Of a DNA stretch of 64,000 nucleotides, positions 62,753 to 64,000 are shown piece after piece. This stretch comes from Bilabrum cf. latius. Taxonomy: Eukaryota. Made by a program: the position numbers and the translations under genes. The notes beneath the pieces are model-generated. The model saw nothing but the letters and a program-made list of their open reading frames with translations. It did not search any database and was not told where the DNA came from. The DNA lies in assembly GCA_965178125.1 (NCBI GenBank), contig OZ237763.1, forward strand, positions 434,001 through 498,000, in the 5' to 3' direction. How positions within the stretch are numbered: position 1 is the stretch's first letter; every line of letters begins with the position of its first letter.

Positions 62753-64000
62753 CTGCTGAGGCCCTCAAGTGGCCCCTGCCAGAGCCTGTGGAACTCTCTA
62801 GGCACTGGGACTCCATGAGCTCTGCAGCGGCCTGGGTCCATCCGTGCGGACACATGTGTATTTTTCAGATAAGTCAAATGTATAATTTTCACAGCCACCT
62901 GAGTATATTTCAGCAGGCTAGATTGCCGCTCAAGTTTTTTTGTGACCTCGCAACTTCCTCGTCCGTATGTGTGATCCGATCCCTGATCCGGTTCACTCGT
63001 CACCCACACGTCACCCGATCCCTGATCCGCTCCGGCGGACACACCGGGCAGGGCATCCCAACTGTGTGGCACGCTCTCTTTTGACGACCCACGTGAGATT
63101 GCGTGCCCCGCGACTTATTCAGGACATCTGGCGCGAGCAACAGCCACCTGCCCAGAGTGGAGGCAGCGCTGGTGCAGCCAAGGATGCACAGCCTCACATG
63201 GCAAGCGGGGAGCAATCGGAGATATCCTACCAGCTCAACATGCACGCGCCACCAGCGGCCATGCCTCGGGAAGGCTACAAGGCGACACCTCCATCACTCG
63301 ACGCTCATGATACCGAGTCGACGGTGCGCGTGGTCCAAGTCGATGACAATGCCCTCAGTCCGCTCGTCATCCCTCGGGCAGAATGCGGCAACACACGCAC
63401 CAACCCACGCCGCCCGGCTGGACGCAGACAAGCTGGCCCAGTCGGGACGCGTGCACTTGCTGGCCCAGTCGAGACGCGTGGGCTTGCTGGCGGCAGCTGA
63501 AGTCTTTGCGTGCAGCGGCAAGGACCACAGGGTGGTGATCGATGAGTTCTTGACCCGGTTTCCCGATCGGGGCCGCAGGGATCTGCCTCATCCGCAGGGG
63601 CCGCAACCCCGCTCGGTTCGCACGGGCTGCCAGACCAGAACTTGCGCAGCAGCGCCCTCGCGGGCTCCTTGCCCACAAAGCATCATCCTCCGCACGTTGC
63701 TGCCGCCAGGTAGTCGTTCTTGCCGCAAACTCCACCCGTGGGCCAAAGCCCCACGATGCCAGTGGAGAAGGTTCGCTGTGCCGTACTAGGTCGTTGTGGT
63801 TCGTTCACTCTTACGGGACTCAAGCACGCCATTACGAGCCGAGTCTAGGCATGGATGAACCCCTCGCCCTACAGGACCATAGTACTTCCATGGAGGCTCG
63901 CAAGCGCGTCGCGCTAGCAACGGCTCACAGGCTACGCTCCATGGAGAACGAGCTTGATCGCATGCAACGCAGGATTCGGACGCCTCAGCAGCTCCTGCTG

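Noticed and set aside
1-64000. tRNA-Gln(CUA), rRNA or CRISPR array
   Set aside because: None recognised by eye; a tRNAscan-SE run would be needed to exclude a tRNA.

Overview
Gene-dense, GC-rich nuclear DNA of a unicellular eukaryote. It has GT-AG spliceosomal introns, and the gene content suggests a stramenopile/bicosoecid-like protist (inference). The key observation is a non-standard nuclear genetic code: TAG is a sense codon, almost certainly Gln, while TAA and TGA remain stops. The fragmented ORF track collapses into long same-frame genes broken only at TAG. These are a >5,300-aa EGF/C-type-lectin/cadherin/IPT/9-TM surface protein (<1-16599), a PH-like+PP2C phosphatase (21586-26754), a 1,548-aa unknown protein (26946-31592), two tandem P-loop NTPase + restriction-endonuclease-like (Crinkler/CR-type) genes, a membrane-anchored DNase I, and a ~3,490-aa RCC1/IPT/multi-TM protein (52280-62752, about 38 in-frame TAGs). 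Intron-containing ankyrin, MYCBP and GHL15-like genes are also present. Region ~31.8-46.3 kb is a rearranged mosaic with a segmental duplication, two alpha-N-acetylglucosaminidase fragments, a tyrosine-recombinase fragment and two 5'-truncated (TC)n-tailed non-LTR retrotransposon copies. All translations and codon counts were done by hand.
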